From positions 18,133-82,132 of the forward strand of contig JBHGNT010000111.1 in NCBI GenBank assembly GCA_043228905.1: DNA of 64,000 bases, in the 5' to 3' direction. The position numbers and the translations under genes are program-made. Source of the stretch: Azolla caroliniana. Lineage: Eukaryota > Plantae > Polypodiophyta. The notes under the pieces were generated by a model. That model did no database searches, was not told where the DNA came from, and saw nothing but the letters and a program-made list of their open reading frames with translations. Below are positions 13,879 through 28,800 of the stretch, piece by piece (the stretch's first letter is position 1; each line of letters opens with the position of its first letter).

Positions 13879-16800
13879 TTTAATCTACCCACGCGCTCTT
13901 CTCAACTCCCTCCTCAAATTTGCTAATTTCGTCATGTCTCTCGACCTGAGTTTCTTCAATCCATATCATAGCTAGCGTTGTTAGCTTCGATTCGCATGGT
14001 TGAACACAAAAATCCGATATCACACGAACCAGGTATGAACATTTTATCTTACCCACACGCTCTTCTCAACTCCCTCCTCAAATTTGCTAAATTCGTCATG
14101 TCTCTCCACATGAGTTTCAAATTCTTGATTTTTTAATTCCATATCATAGTTAGGGTTGTTCGCTTCGATCCGCATGTTTGAACACTAAAATCTGATATCA
14201 CACGAGCCAGATATGAACATTTTAATCTACCCACGCGCTCTTCTCAACTCCCTCCTCAAATTTGCCAATTTCGTCATGTCTGTCGACCTGCGTTTCAAAA
14301 TTCATATTTTCTAAATCCATATCATAGCTAGCGTTGTTAGCTTCGATTCGCATGTTTGAACACTAAAATCCGATATCACACGAGCAAGGTATGAACATTT
14401 TAATTTACCCACACGCTCTTCTGAACTCCCTCCTCAAATTTGCTAATTTCGTCATGTCTCTCGACCTGAGTTTCAAAATCTAGATTTTCTCAATCCATAT
14501 CATAGCTAGCGTTGTTAGCTTCGATTCCCATGATTGAACACAAAAATCCGATATCACACGAGCCAGGTATGAACATTTTAATTTACCCACACGCTCTTCT
14601 CAACTTCCTCCTCAAATTTGCTAATTTCGTCATGTCTCTCGACCTGAGTTTCAAAATCCATATTTACTAAATCCATATCATAGCTAGCGTTGTTAGCCTC
14701 GATTCGCATGTTTGAACACTAAAATCCGATATCACACGAGCCAGGGATGAACATTTTCATTTCCGAACGGGCTCTTCTCAACACCCTCCTGAAATTTGCT
14801 AATTTCATCATGTCTCTCGACCTGAGTTTCAAAACCTTGATTTTTTAATTCTATATCATAGCTAGCGATGTTAGCCTCGATTCGCATGTTTGAACACAAA
14901 AATCCGAGATCACACGAGCCGGGTATGAACATTTTCATTTCCGAACGGCCTCTTCTTAACTCCCTCCTCAAATTTGCTAATTTCGTCATGTCTTTCGACC
15001 TGAGTTTCAAAATCTTGATTTTTTAATTCCATGTCATAGCTAGCGTTGTTACCTTCGATTCGCATGATTGAACTCTAAAATCCGATATCACACGGGCTAG
15101 GTATGAAGATTTTAATTTACTCACGCGCTCTTCTCAACTCCCTCCTCAAATTTACTAATTTCGTCATGTCCCTCGACGTGAGTTTCAAAATCTTGATTTT
15201 TTTTTTCTATATCATACCTAGCGTTGTTAGCCTCGATTCGCATGTTTGAACACTAAGATCCGATATCACACGAGAAGGTGATGAACATTTTAGTTTAGTC
15301 ACGGCCTCTTCTCAACTCCCTCCTCATTTTTCCTAATTTCATCATGTCTCTCGACCTGAGTTTCATAATCTTGATTTTTTTGTTCTATATCATAGCTAGC
15401 GTCGTTAGCTTCGATTCGCATGATTGGACACAAAAATCCGATATCACACGAGCCAAGTATGAACATTTTAATTTACTTACGGGCTCTTCTCAACTCCCTC
15501 CTCAAATTTGCTAATTTCGTCATGTCTCTCGACCTGAGTTTTAAAATCATGATTTTCTAATTCCATATCATAGCTAGCGTTTTTAGCTTCCATTAGCATG
15601 ATTGAACACTAAAATCCCATATCACACGAGCCAGGTATGAACATTTTAATTTACTCACGCGCTCTTCTCAACTCCCTCCTCAAATTTGCTAATTTCGTCA
15701 TGTCTCTTGACCTGAGTTTCAAAATCCATATTTTCTAAATCCATATCATAGCTAGCGTTGTTAGCTTCGATTCGCATGGTTGAACACAGAAATCCCATAT
15801 CACACGAGCCAGGTATGAACATTTTAATTGACTCACGCGCTCTTCTCAACTCCCTCCTCAAATTTGATAATTTCGTCATGTCTCTCGACCTGAATTTCAA
15901 AATCTTGATTTTCTGAATCCATATCATAGCTAGCGTTGTTAGCTTCGATTCTCAACTCCCTCCTCAAATTTGCTAATTTCGTGGTGTCTCTCCACCTGAG
16001 TTTTAAAATCTTGATTTTTTAATTCCATATCATAGTTAGGGTTGTTAGCTTCGATTCACATGTTTGAACAGTAAAATCCGATATCACACGAGCCAGGTAT
16101 GAACATTTTAATTTACCCACGCGCTCTTCTCCACTACCTCCTCAAATTTGCTAATTTCGTCATGTCACTCGACCTGAGTTTCAAAATCTTGATTTTTTAA
16201 TTCATATCATAGCTAGCGTTGTTAGCTTCGATTCGCATGATTGAACACAAAAATCCGATATCACACGGGCTAGGTATGAACATTTTAATTTACCCACACG
16301 CTCTTCTCAACTCCCTCCTCAAATTTGATAATTTCGTCATGTCTCTCGACCTGAGTTTCAAAATCTTGATTTTTTTATTCTATATCATAGCTAGTGTTAT
16401 TAGCATCGATTCACATCTTTGAACACAAAAATCCGATATCACACAAGCTAGGTATGAACATTTTCATTTCCGAACGGCCTCTTCTCAACTCCCTCCTCAA
16501 ATTTGATAATTTCGTCATGTCTCTCGACCTGAGTTTTAAAATCTTGATAATTTCGTCAGCCTATATCAAAGCTAGTGTTATTAGCTTCGATTCACATCTT
16601 TGAACACAGAAATCCGATATCACACGAGCCACGTATGAACATTTTAATTTATTCACCCGCTCTTCTCAACTGCCTCCTCAAATTTGGTAATTTCTTCATG
16701 TCTCTCGACGTGAGTTTCAACATCTTGATTTTTTGATTCTATATCATAGCTAGTGTTGTTAGCTTCCATTCGCATGTTTGAAACTAAAATCCGATATCAC

Positions 16801-19800
16801 ACGAGCCAGTTATGAACATTTTAATTTACTCACGCGCTCTTCTCCACTACCTCCTCCAATATGCAAATTTCATCATGTCTCTCGGCCTGAGTTTTAAAAT
16901 CTTGATTTTTTAATTCGATATCATAGCTAGCGTTGTTAGCTTCGATTCGCATGTTTGAACACCAAAATCCGATATCACACGAGCCAGGTATAAACATTTT
17001 CATTTACTCACAGGCTCTTCTCAACTCCCTCCTCAAATTTGCTAATTTCGTCATGTCTCTCGACCTAAGTTTCAAAATCTTGATGTTTTAATTCTATATC
17101 ATAGCTAGCATTGTTAGCCTCGATTCGCATGTTTGAACACTAAAATCCGATATCACACGAGCCAGGTATGAACATTTTAATCTACCCACGCACTCTTTTC
17201 AACTCCCTCCTCAAATTTGCTAATTTCGTCATGTCTCTCTACCTGAGTTTCAAAATCTAGATTTTCTCAATCCATATCATAGCTAGTGTTGTTAGCTTCG
17301 ATTCGCATGTTTGAAACTAAAATCCGATATCACACGAGCCAGTTATGAATATTTTAATTTACTCACGCGCTCTTCCCAACTCCGTCCTCAAATTTGATAA
17401 TTTCGTAATGTCTCTCGACCTGAGTTTCAAAATCTTGATTTTTTAATTCCATATTATAGCTAGCGTTGTTAGCCTTGATTCGCATGATTGAACACTAAAA
17501 TCCGATATCACACGAGCCAGGTATGAACATTTTAATTTACTCACGGGCTCTTCTCAACTCCCTCCTCAAATTTGCTAATTTCGTCATGTCTTTCGACCTG
17601 AGTTTCAAAATCTTGATTTTTTAATTCCATATCATAGCTAGCGTTGTTACCTTCGATTCGCATGATTGAACACTAAAATCCGATATCACACGGGCTAGGT
17701 ATGAAGATTTTATTTTACTCACGCGCTCTTCTCAACTCCCTCCTCAAATTTACTAATTTCGTCATGTCCCTCGACGTGAGTTTCAAAATCTTGATTTTTT
17801 TATTCTATATCATACCTAGCGTTGTTAGCCTCGATTCGCATGTTTGAACAGTAAGATCCGATATCACACGAGAAGGTGATGAACATTTTAGTTTAGTCAC
17901 GGCCTCTTCTCAACTCCCTCCTCATTTTTCCTAATTTCATCATGTCTCTCGACCTGAGTTTCAAAATCTTGATTTTTTTGTTCTATATCATAGCTAGCGC
18001 CGTTAGCTTCGATTCGCATGATTGGACACAAAAATCCGATATCACACGAGCCAAGTATGAACATTTTAATTTACTTACGGGCTCTTCTCAACTCACTCCT
18101 CAAATTTGCTAATTTCGTCATGTCTCTCGACCTGAGTTTTAAAATCATGATTTTTTAATTCCATATCATAGCTAGCGTTGTTAGCTTCGATTCGCATAGT
18201 TGAACACAGAAATCCCATATCACACGAGCCAGGTATGAACATTTTAAATTACTCACGCGTTCTTCTCAACTCCCTCCTCAAATTTGCTAATTTCGTCATG
18301 TCTCTCGACCTAAGTTTCAAAATCCATATTTTCTAAATCCATATCATAGCTAGCGTTGTTAGCTTCGATTCGCATGGTTGAACACAGAAATCCCATATCA
18401 CACGAGCCAGGTATGAACATTTTAATTTACTCACACGCTCTTCTCAACTCCCTCCTCAAATTTGCTAATTTCGTCATGTCTCCCGACCTGAGTTTCAAAA
18501 TCTTGATTTTCTGAATCCATATCATAGCTAGCGTTGTTAGCTTCGATTCTCAACTCCCTCCTCAAATTTGCTAATTTCGTGGTGTCTCTCCACCTGAGTT
18601 TTAAAATCTAGATTTTCTCAATCCATATCATAGCTAGCGTTGTTAGCCTTGATTCGCATGATTGAACACTAAAATCCGATATCACACGAGCCAGGTATGA
18701 ACATTTTAATCTACCCACGCGCTCTTCTCAACTCCCTCCTCAAATTTGCTAATTTCGTCATGTCTCTCTACCTGAGTTTCAAAATCTAGATTTTCTCAAT
18801 CCATATCATAGCTAGCGTTGTTAGCTTCGATTCGCATGATTGAACACAAAAATCCGATATCACACGGGCTAGGTATGAACATTTTAATTTACCCACACGC
18901 TCTTCTCAACTCCCTCCTCAAATTTGATAATTTCGTCATGTCTCTCGACCTGAGTTTCAAAATCTTGATTTTTTTATTCTATATCATAGCTAGTGTTATT
19001 AGCTTCGATTCACATCTTTGAACACAAAAATCCGATATCACACGAGCCAGGTATGACCATTTTAATTTATTCACCCGCTCTTCTCAACTCCCTCCTCAAA
19101 TTTGGTAATTTCTTCATGTCTCTCGACGTGAGTTTCAACATCTTGATTTTTTGATTCTATATCATAGCTAGTGTTGTTAGCTTCCATTCGCATGTATGAA
19201 CATTTTAATTTACTCACGTGCTCTTCCCAACTCCGTCCTCAAATTTGATAATTTCGTCATGTCTCTCGACCTGAGTTTCAAAATCTTGATTTTTTAATTC
19301 CAGATCATAGCTAGCGTTGTTAGCCTCGATTCGCATGATTGAACACTAAAATCCGATATCACACAAGCCAGGGATGAACATTTTAATTTACTCATGGGCT
19401 CTTCTCAACTCCCTCCTCAAATTTGCTAATTTCGTCATGTATCTCCACCTGAGTTTTAAAATCTTGATTTTTTAATTCCATATCATAGTTAGGGTTGTTA
19501 GCTTCAATCCGCATGTTTGAACACTAAAATCCGATATCACACGAGCCGGGTATAAACATTTTAATCTACCCACGTGCTCTTCTCAACTCCCTCCTCAAAT
19601 TTGCTAATTTCGTCATGTCTCTCGACCTGAGTTTCAAAATCCATATTGTCTAAATCCATATCATAGCTAGCGTTGTTAGCTTCGATTCGCATGGTTGAAC
19701 ACAAAAATCCCATATCACACGAGCCAGGTATGAACATTTTAATTTACTCACGCGCTCTTCTCAACTCCAAACTCAAATTTGCTAATTTCGTCATGTCTCT

Positions 19801-22800
19801 CGACCTGAGTTTCAAAATCCATATTTTCTAAATTCATATCATAGCTAACCTTGTGAGCTTCGATTCGCATGGTTGAACACAAAAATCCCATATCACACGA
19901 GCCAGGTATGAACATTTTAATTTACTCACGCGCTATTCTCAACTCTCTCCTCAAATTTTCTAATTTCGTCATCTGTCTCGACCTGAATTTCAAAATCTTG
20001 ATTTTCTAAATCCATATCATAGCTAGCGTTGTTACCTTCGATTAGCATATTTGAACACAAAAATCCAATATCACACGAGCCAGGTATGAACATTTTCATT
20101 TACGAACGGGTTCTTCTCAACACCCTCTTGAAATTTGCTAATTTCGTCATGTCTCTCGACCTGAGTTTCAAAACCTTGATTTTTTAATTCTATATCATAG
20201 CTAGCGTTGTTAGCCTTGATTCGCATGTTTGAACACAAAAATCTGATATCACACGAGCCGGGTATGAACATTTTCATTTCCAAACGGCCTCTTCTCAACT
20301 CCCTCCTCAAATTTTCTAATTTCGTCATGTCTCTCGACCTGAGTTTCAAAATCTTGATTTTTTAATTCCATATCATACCTAGCGTTGTTAGCCTCGATTC
20401 GCATGATTAAACACAGAAATCCGATATCACACGAGCCAGGTATGAACATTTTAATTTACTCACGGGCTTTTCTCAACTCCCTCCTCAAATTTGCTAATTT
20501 CGTCATGTCTCTCCACCTGAGTTTTATAATCTTGATTTTTTAATTCCATATCATAGTTAGAGTTGTTAGCTTCGATTCGCATGTTTGAACACTAAAATCC
20601 GATATCACACGAGCCAGGTATGAACATTTTAATTTACCCACGCGCTATTCTCCACTACCTCCTCAAATATACAAATTTCATCATGTCTCTCGACCTGATT
20701 TTCAAAATCCATATCATAGCTAGCGTTGTTAGCTTCGATTCACATGTTTGAACACAAAAAGCCAATATCACACGAGCCAGGTATGAACATTTTCATTTCC
20801 AAACGGGCTCTTCTCAACACCCTCCTGAAATTTGCTAATTTCGTCATGTCTCTCGACCTGAGTTTCTAAACCATGATTTTTTAATTCTATATCATAGCTA
20901 GCGATGTTAGCCTCGATTCGCATTTTGAACACAAAAATCTGATATCACACGAGCCAGGTATGAACATTTTCATTTCCAAACGGCCTCTTCTCAACTCCCT
21001 CCTCAAATTTGCTAATTTCGTCATGTCTCTCGACCTGAGTTTCAAAATCTTGATTTTTTAATTCCATATCATACCTAGCGTTGTTAGCCTCGATTCGCAT
21101 AGTTGAACACAAAAATCCAATATCACACGAGCCAGGTATGAACATTTTCATTTGCAAACGGGCTCATCTCAACACCCTCTTGAAATTTGCTAATTTCGTC
21201 ATGTCTCTCGACCTGAGTTTCAAAACCTTGATTTTTTAATTCTATATCATAGCTAGCGTTGTTAGCCTCGATTCGCATGTTTGAATACAAAAATCCGATA
21301 TCACACGAGCCGGGTATGAACATTTTCATTTCCAAACGGCCTCTTCTCAACTCCCTCCTCAAATTTGCTAATTTCGTCATGTCTCTCGACCTGAGTTTCA
21401 AAATCTTGATTTTTTAATTCCATATCATACCTAGCGTTGTTAGCCTCGATACGCATTATTAAACACTGAAATCCGATATCACACGAGCCAGGTATGAACA
21501 TTTTAATTTACTCACGGGCTTTTCTCAACTCCCTCCTCAAATTTGCTAATTTCGTCATGTCTCTCCACCTGAGTTTTAAAATCTTGATTTTTTAATTCGA
21601 TATCATAGTTAGGGTTGTTAGCTTCGATTCGCATGTTTGAACACTAAAATCCGATATCACACGAGCCAGGTATGAACATTTTAATTTACTCACGCGCTCT
21701 TCGCCACTACCTCCTCAAATATGCAAATTTCATCATGTCTCTCGGCCTGAGTTTTAAAATCTTGATTTTTTAATTCGATATCATAGCTAGCGTTGTTAGC
21801 TTCGATTCGCATGGTTGAACAGAGAAATCCCATATCACACGAGCCAGGTATGAACATTTTAATTTACTCACGCGCTCTTCTCAACTCCCTCCTCAAATTT
21901 GCTAATTTTGTCATGTCTCTCGACCTGAGTTTCAAAATCTTGATTTTCTGAATCCATATCATAGCTAGCGTTGTTAGCTTCGATTCTCAACTCCCTCCTC
22001 AAATTTGCTAATTTCGTGGTGTCTCTCCACCTGAGTTTTAAAATCTTGATTTTCTAATTCCATATCATAGTTAGGGTTGTTAGCTTCGATTCACATGTTT
22101 GAACAGTAAAATCCGATATCACACGAGCCAGGTATGAACATTTTAATTTACCCACGCGCTCTTCTCCACTACCTCCTCAAATATGCAAATTTCATCATGT
22201 CTCTGAACCTGAGTTTCAAATTCTTGATTTTTTAATTCGATATCATAGCTAGCGTTGTTAGCTTCGATTCGCAGGTTTGAACACGAAAATCCGATATCAC
22301 ACGAGCCAGGTATGAACATTTTCATTTACTCACAGGCTCTTCTCAACTCCCTCCTCAAATTTGCTAATTTCGTCCTGTCACTCGATCTGAGTTTCAAAAT
22401 CTTGATTTTTTAATTCTATATCATAGCTAGCGTTGTTAGCCTCGATTCGCATGTTTGAACACTAAAATCCGATATCACACGAGCCAGGTATGAACATTTT
22501 AATCTACCCACGCGCTCTTCTCAACTCCCTCCTCAAATTTGCTAATTTCGTCATGTCTCTCTACCTGAGTTTCAAAATCTCGATTTTTTCAATCCATATC
22601 ATAGCTAGCGTTGTTAGCTTCGATTCGCATGATTGAACACAAAAATCCGATATCACACGAGCTAGGTATGAACATTTTCATTTACCCACACGCTCTTCTA
22701 AACTCCCTCCTCAAATTTGATAATTTCGTCATGTCTCTCGACCTGAGTTTCAAAATCTTCATTTTTTTATTCTATATCATAGCTAGTGTTGTTAGCTTCC

Positions 22801-25800
22801 ATTCGCATGATTGGACACAAAAATCCGATCTCACACAAGCTAGGTATGAACATTTTCATTTCCGAACGGCCTCTTCTCAACTCCCTCCTCAAATTTGATA
22901 ATTTCGTCATGTCTCTCGACCTGAGTTTTAAAATCTTGATAATTTCGTCAGCCTATATCAAAGCTAGTGTTATTAGCTTCGATTCACATCTTTGAACACA
23001 AAAATCCGATATCACACGAGCCAGGTATGAACATTTTAATTTATTCACCCGCTCTTCTCAACTCCCTCCTCAAATTTGGTAATTTCTTCATGTCTCTCGA
23101 CGTGAGTTTCAACATCTTGATTTTTTGATTCTATATCATAGCTAGTGTTGTTAGCTTCCATTCGCATGTTTGAAACTAAAATCCGATATCACACGAGCCA
23201 GTTATGAACATTTTAATTTACTCACGTGCTCTTCCCAACTCCGTCCTCAAATTTGATAATTTCGTCATGTCTCTCGACCTGAGTTTCAAAATCTTGATTT
23301 TTTAATTCCATATCATAGCTAGCGTTGTTAGCCTCGATTCGCATGATTGAACACTAAAATCCGATATCACATAAGCCAGGGATGAACATTTTAATTTACT
23401 CACGGGCTCTTCTCAACTCCCTCCTCAAATTTGCTAATTTCGTCATGTATCTCCACCTGAGTTTTAAAATCTTGATTTTTTAATTCCATATCATAGTTAG
23501 GGTTGTTAGCTTCAATCCGCATGTTTGAACACTAAAATCCGATATCACACGAGCCAGGTATGAACATTTTAATCTACGCACGTGCTCTTCTCAACTCCCT
23601 CCTCAAATTTGCTAATTTCGTCATGTCTCTCGACCTGAGTTTCAAAATCAATATTTTTTAAATCCATATCATAGCTAGCGTTGTTATCTTCGATTCGCAT
23701 GGTTGAACACAAAAATCACATTTCACACGAGCCAGGTATGAACATTTTAATTTACTCACGCGCTTTTCTCAACTCCCTCCTCATATTTGCTAATTTCGTC
23801 ATGTCTCTCGACCTGAGTTTCAAAATCTTGATTTTCTAAATCCATATCATAGCTACCGTTGTTAGCTTTGATTCGCATGTTTGAACACAAAAATCCAATA
23901 TCACTCGAGCCAGGTATGAACATTTTCATTTCCGAACGGGCTCTTCTCAACACCCTCCTCAAATTTGCTAATTTCGTCATGTCTCTCGACCTGAGTTTCA
24001 AAATCTTGATTTTTTAATTCTATATCATAGCTAGCGATGTTAGCCTCGATTCGCCTGTTTGAACACAAAAATCCTATATCACACGAGCCGGGTATGAACA
24101 TTTTCATTTCCGAACGGCCTCTTCTCAACTCCCTTCTCAAATTTGCTAATTTCGTCATGTCTCTCCACCTGAGTTTCGAAATCTTGAGTTTTTAATTCCA
24201 TATCATAGTTAGGGTTGTTAGCTTCGATCTGCATGTTTGAACACTAAAATCCGATATCACACGAGCCAGGTATGAACATTTTAATCTACCCACGCGCTCT
24301 TCTCAACTCCCTCCTCAAATTTGCTAATTTCGTCATGTCTCTCCACCTGAGTTTCTTCAATCCATATCATAGCTAGCGTTGTTAGCTTCGATTCGCATGG
24401 CTGAACACAAAAATCCGATATCACACGAACCAGGTATGAACATTTTATCTTACCCACACGCTCTTCTCAACTCCCTCCTCAAATTTGCTAAATTCGTCAT
24501 GTCTCTCCACCTGAGTTTCAAAGTCTTGATTTTTTAATTCCATATCATAGTTAGGGTTGTTCGCTTCGATCCGCATGTTTGAACACTAAAATCTGATATC
24601 ACACGAGCCAGATATGAACATTTTAATCTACCCACGCGCTCTTCTCAACTCCCTCCTCAAATTTGCCAATTTCGTCATGTCTGTCGACCTGCGTTTCAAA
24701 ATTCATATTTTCTAAATCCATATCATAGCTAGCGTTATTAGCTTCGATTCGCATGTTTGAACACTAAAATCCGATATCACACGAGCAAGGTATGAACATT
24801 TTAATTTACCCACACGCTCTTCTCAACTCCCTCCTCAAATTTGCTAATTTCGTCATGTCTCTCGACGTGAGTTTCAAAAGCTAGATTTTTTAATTCTATA
24901 TCATAGCTAGCGTTGTTAGCTTCGATTCGCATGATTGAACATAAAAATCCGATATCACACGAGCTAGGGATGAACATTTTAATTTACTCACGGGCTCTTC
25001 TCAACTCCCTCCTTATTTTTGCTAATTTCATCATGTCTCTAGACCTGAGTTTCAAAATCCATATTTTCTAAATCCATATCATAGCTAGCGTTGTTAGCCT
25101 CGATTCGCATGTTTGAACACTAAAATCCGATATCACACGAGCCAGGGATGAACATTTTCATTTCCGAACGGGCTCTTCTCAACACCCTCCTGAAATTTGC
25201 TAATTTCGTCATGTCTCTCGACCTGAGTTTCAAAACCTTGATTGTTTAATTCTATATCATAGCTAGCGATGTTAGCCTCGATTCGCATGTTTGAACACAA
25301 AAATCCGATATCACACGAGCCGGGTATGAACAATTTCATTTCCGAACGGCCTCTTCTCAACTCCCTCCTCAAATTTGCTAATTTCGTCATGTCTCTCGAC
25401 CTGAGTTTCAAAATCTTGATTTTTTAATTCCATATTATAGCTAGCGTTGTTACCTTCGATTCGCATGATTGAACACTAAAATCCGATATCACACGAGCTA
25501 GGTATGAAGATTTTAATTTACTCATGCGCTCTTCTCAACTCCCTCCTCCAATTTACTAATTTCGTCATGTCCCTCGACGTGAGTTTCAAAATCTTGATGT
25601 TTTTATTCTATATCATACCTAGCGTTGTTAGCCTCGATTCGCATGTTTGAACACTAAAATCCGATATCACACGAGCAAGTGATGAACATTTTAGTTTAGT
25701 CACGGCCTCTTCTCAACTCCCTCCTCAAATTTGCTAATTTCGTCATGTCTCTCGACCTGAGTTTCAAAATCTTGATTTTTTTGTTCTATATCATAGCTAG

Positions 25801-28800
25801 CGTCGTTAGCTTCGATTCGCATGATTGGACACAAAAATCCGATATCACACGAGCCAAGTATGAACATTTTAATTTACTCACGGGCTCTTCTCAACTCCCT
25901 CCTCAAATTTGCTAATTTCGTCATGTCTCTCGACCTGAGTTTTAAAATCATGATTTTTTAATTCCATATCATAGCTAGCGTTTTTAGCTTCCATTAGCAT
26001 GATTGAACACTAAAATCCCATATCACACGAGCGAGGTATGAACATTTTAATTTACTCACGCGCTCTTCTCAACTCCCTCCTCAAATTTGCTAATTTCGTC
26101 ATGTCTCTCGACCTGAGTTTCAAAATCCATATTTTCTAAATCCATATCATAGCTAGCGTTGTTAGCTTCGATTCGCATGGTTGAACACAGAAATCCCATA
26201 TCACACGAGCCAGGTATGAACATTTTAATTTACTCTTCTCAACTCCCTCCTCAAATTTGCTAATTTTGTCATGTCTCTCGACCTGAGTTTCAAAATCTTG
26301 ATTTTCTGAATCCATATCATAGCTAGCGTTGTTAGCTTCGATTCTCAACTCCCTCCTCAAATTTGCTAATTTCGTGATGTCTCTCCACCTGAGTTTTAAA
26401 ATCTTCACATGTTTGAACAGTAAAATTCGATATCACACGAGCCAGGTATGAACATTTTAATTTACCCACGCGCTGTTCTCCACTACCTCGTCAAATATGC
26501 AAATTTCATCATGTCTCTGAACCTGAGTTTCAAAATCTTGATTTTTTAATTCGATATCATAGCTAGCGTTGTTAGCTTCGATTCGCATGTTTGAACACAA
26601 AAATCCGATATCACACGAGCCAGGTATGAACATTTTCATTTACTCACAGGCTCTTCTCAACTCCCTCCTCAAATTTACTAATTTTTTCATGTCTCTCGAC
26701 CTGAGTTTCAAAATCTTGATTTTTTAATTCTATATCATAGCTAGATTCGCATGTTTGAACACTAAAATCCGATATCACACGAGCCAGGTATGAACATTTT
26801 AATCTACCCACGCGCTCTTCTCAACTCCCTCCTCAAATTTGCTAATTTCGTCATGTCTCTCTACCTGAGTTTCAAAATCTAGATTTTCTCAATCCATATC
26901 ATAGCTAGCATTGTTAGCTTCGATTCGCATGATTGAACACAAAAATCCGATATCACACGGGCTAGGTATGAACATTTTAATTTACCTACACGGTCTTCTC
27001 AACTCCCTCCTCAAATTTGATAATTTCGTCATGTCTCTCGACCTGAGTTTCAAAATCTTCATTTTTTTATTCTATATCATAGCTAGTGTGGTTAGCTTCC
27101 ATTCGCATGATTGGACACAAAAATCCAATCTCACACAAGCTAAGTATGAACATTTTCATTTCCAAACGACCTCTTCTCAAATGCCTCCTCAAATTTGATA
27201 ATTTCGTGATGTCTCTCGACCTGAGTTTTAAAATCTTGATAATTTCGTCAGCCTATATCAAAGCTAGTGTTATTAGCTTCGATTCACATCTTTGAACACA
27301 AAAATCCGATATCACACGAGCCAGGTATGAACATTTTAATTTATTCACGCGCTCTTCTCAACTCCCTCCTCAAATTTGGTAATTTCTTCATGTCTCTCGA
27401 CGTGCGTTTCAACATCTTGATTTTTTGATTCTATATCATAGCTAGTGTTGTTAGCTTCCATTCGCATGTTTCAAACTAAAATCCGATATCACACGAGCCA
27501 GTTATGAACATTTTAATTTACTCACGCGCTCTTCCCAATTCCGTCCTCAAATTTAATAATTACGTCATGTCTCTCGACCTGAGTTTCAAAATCTTGATTT
27601 CTTCATTCCATATAATAGCTAGCGTTGTTAGCCTCCATTCGCATGATTGAACATTAAAATCCAATATCACACGAGCCAGGGATGAACATTTTAATTTACT
27701 CACCGGCTCTTCTCAACTCCCTCCTTATTTTTGTTAACTTCGTCGCTTCTCTCTACCTGAGTTTCAAAATCTAGATTCTCTCAATCCATATCATAGCTAG
27801 CGTTGTTAGCTTCGATTCGCATGATTGAACACAAAAATCCGATATCACACGAGCCAGGTATGAACATTTTAATTTACTCACGGGCTCTTCTCAACTCCCT
27901 CCTCAAATTTGCTAACTTCGTCATGTCTCTCCACCTGAGTTTCAAAATCTTGATTTTTTAATTCCATATCATAGTTAGGGTTGTTAGCTTCAATCCCCAT
28001 GTTTGAACACTAAAATCCGATATCACACGGGCCAGGTATGAACATTTTAATCTACCCACGCGCTCTTCTCAACTCCCTCCTCAAATTTGCTAATTTCGTC
28101 ATGTCTCTCTACCTGAGTTTCAAAATCTAGATTTCCTCAATCCATATCATAGCTAGCGTTGTTAGCTTCGATTTGCATGGTTGAACACAAAAATCCCATT
28201 TCACACGAGCAAGGTATGAACATTTTAATTTACCCACACGCTCTTCTTAACTCCCTCCTCAAATTTGCTAATTTCGTCATGTCTCTCGACCTGAGTTTCA
28301 AAATCTTGATTTTCTCAATCCATATCATAGCTACCGTTGCTACTTTCGATTCGCATGTTTGAACACAAAAAACGGATATCACACGAGCCAGGTATGAACA
28401 TTTTAATTTACCCACACGCTCTTCTCAACACCCTCCTGAAATTTGCTAATTTCGTCATGTCTCTCGACGAGAGTTTCAACATCTTGATTTTTTGATTCCA
28501 TATCATAGCTAGCGTTGTTAGCTTCGATTCCCATGTTTGAACACAAAAATCCAATATCACACAAGCCAGGTATGAACATTTTCATTTCCTAACGGGCTCT
28601 TCTCAACACCCTCCTGAAATTTGCTAATTTCGTCATGTCTCTCGACCTGAGTTTCAAAACCTTGATTTTTTAATTGTATATCATAGCTGGCGTTGTTAGC
28701 CTCGATTCGCATGTTTGAACACAAAAATCCAATATCACACGAGCCAGGTATGAACATTTTCATTTCCGAACCGGCTCTTCTCAACTCCCTCCTCAAATTT

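Noticed and set aside
14755-14772. CENP-B-box-like string TTCATTTCCGAACGGG in one monomer class
   Set aside because: It fails the TTCG-N4-A-N2-CGGG core in both sequence and spacing.
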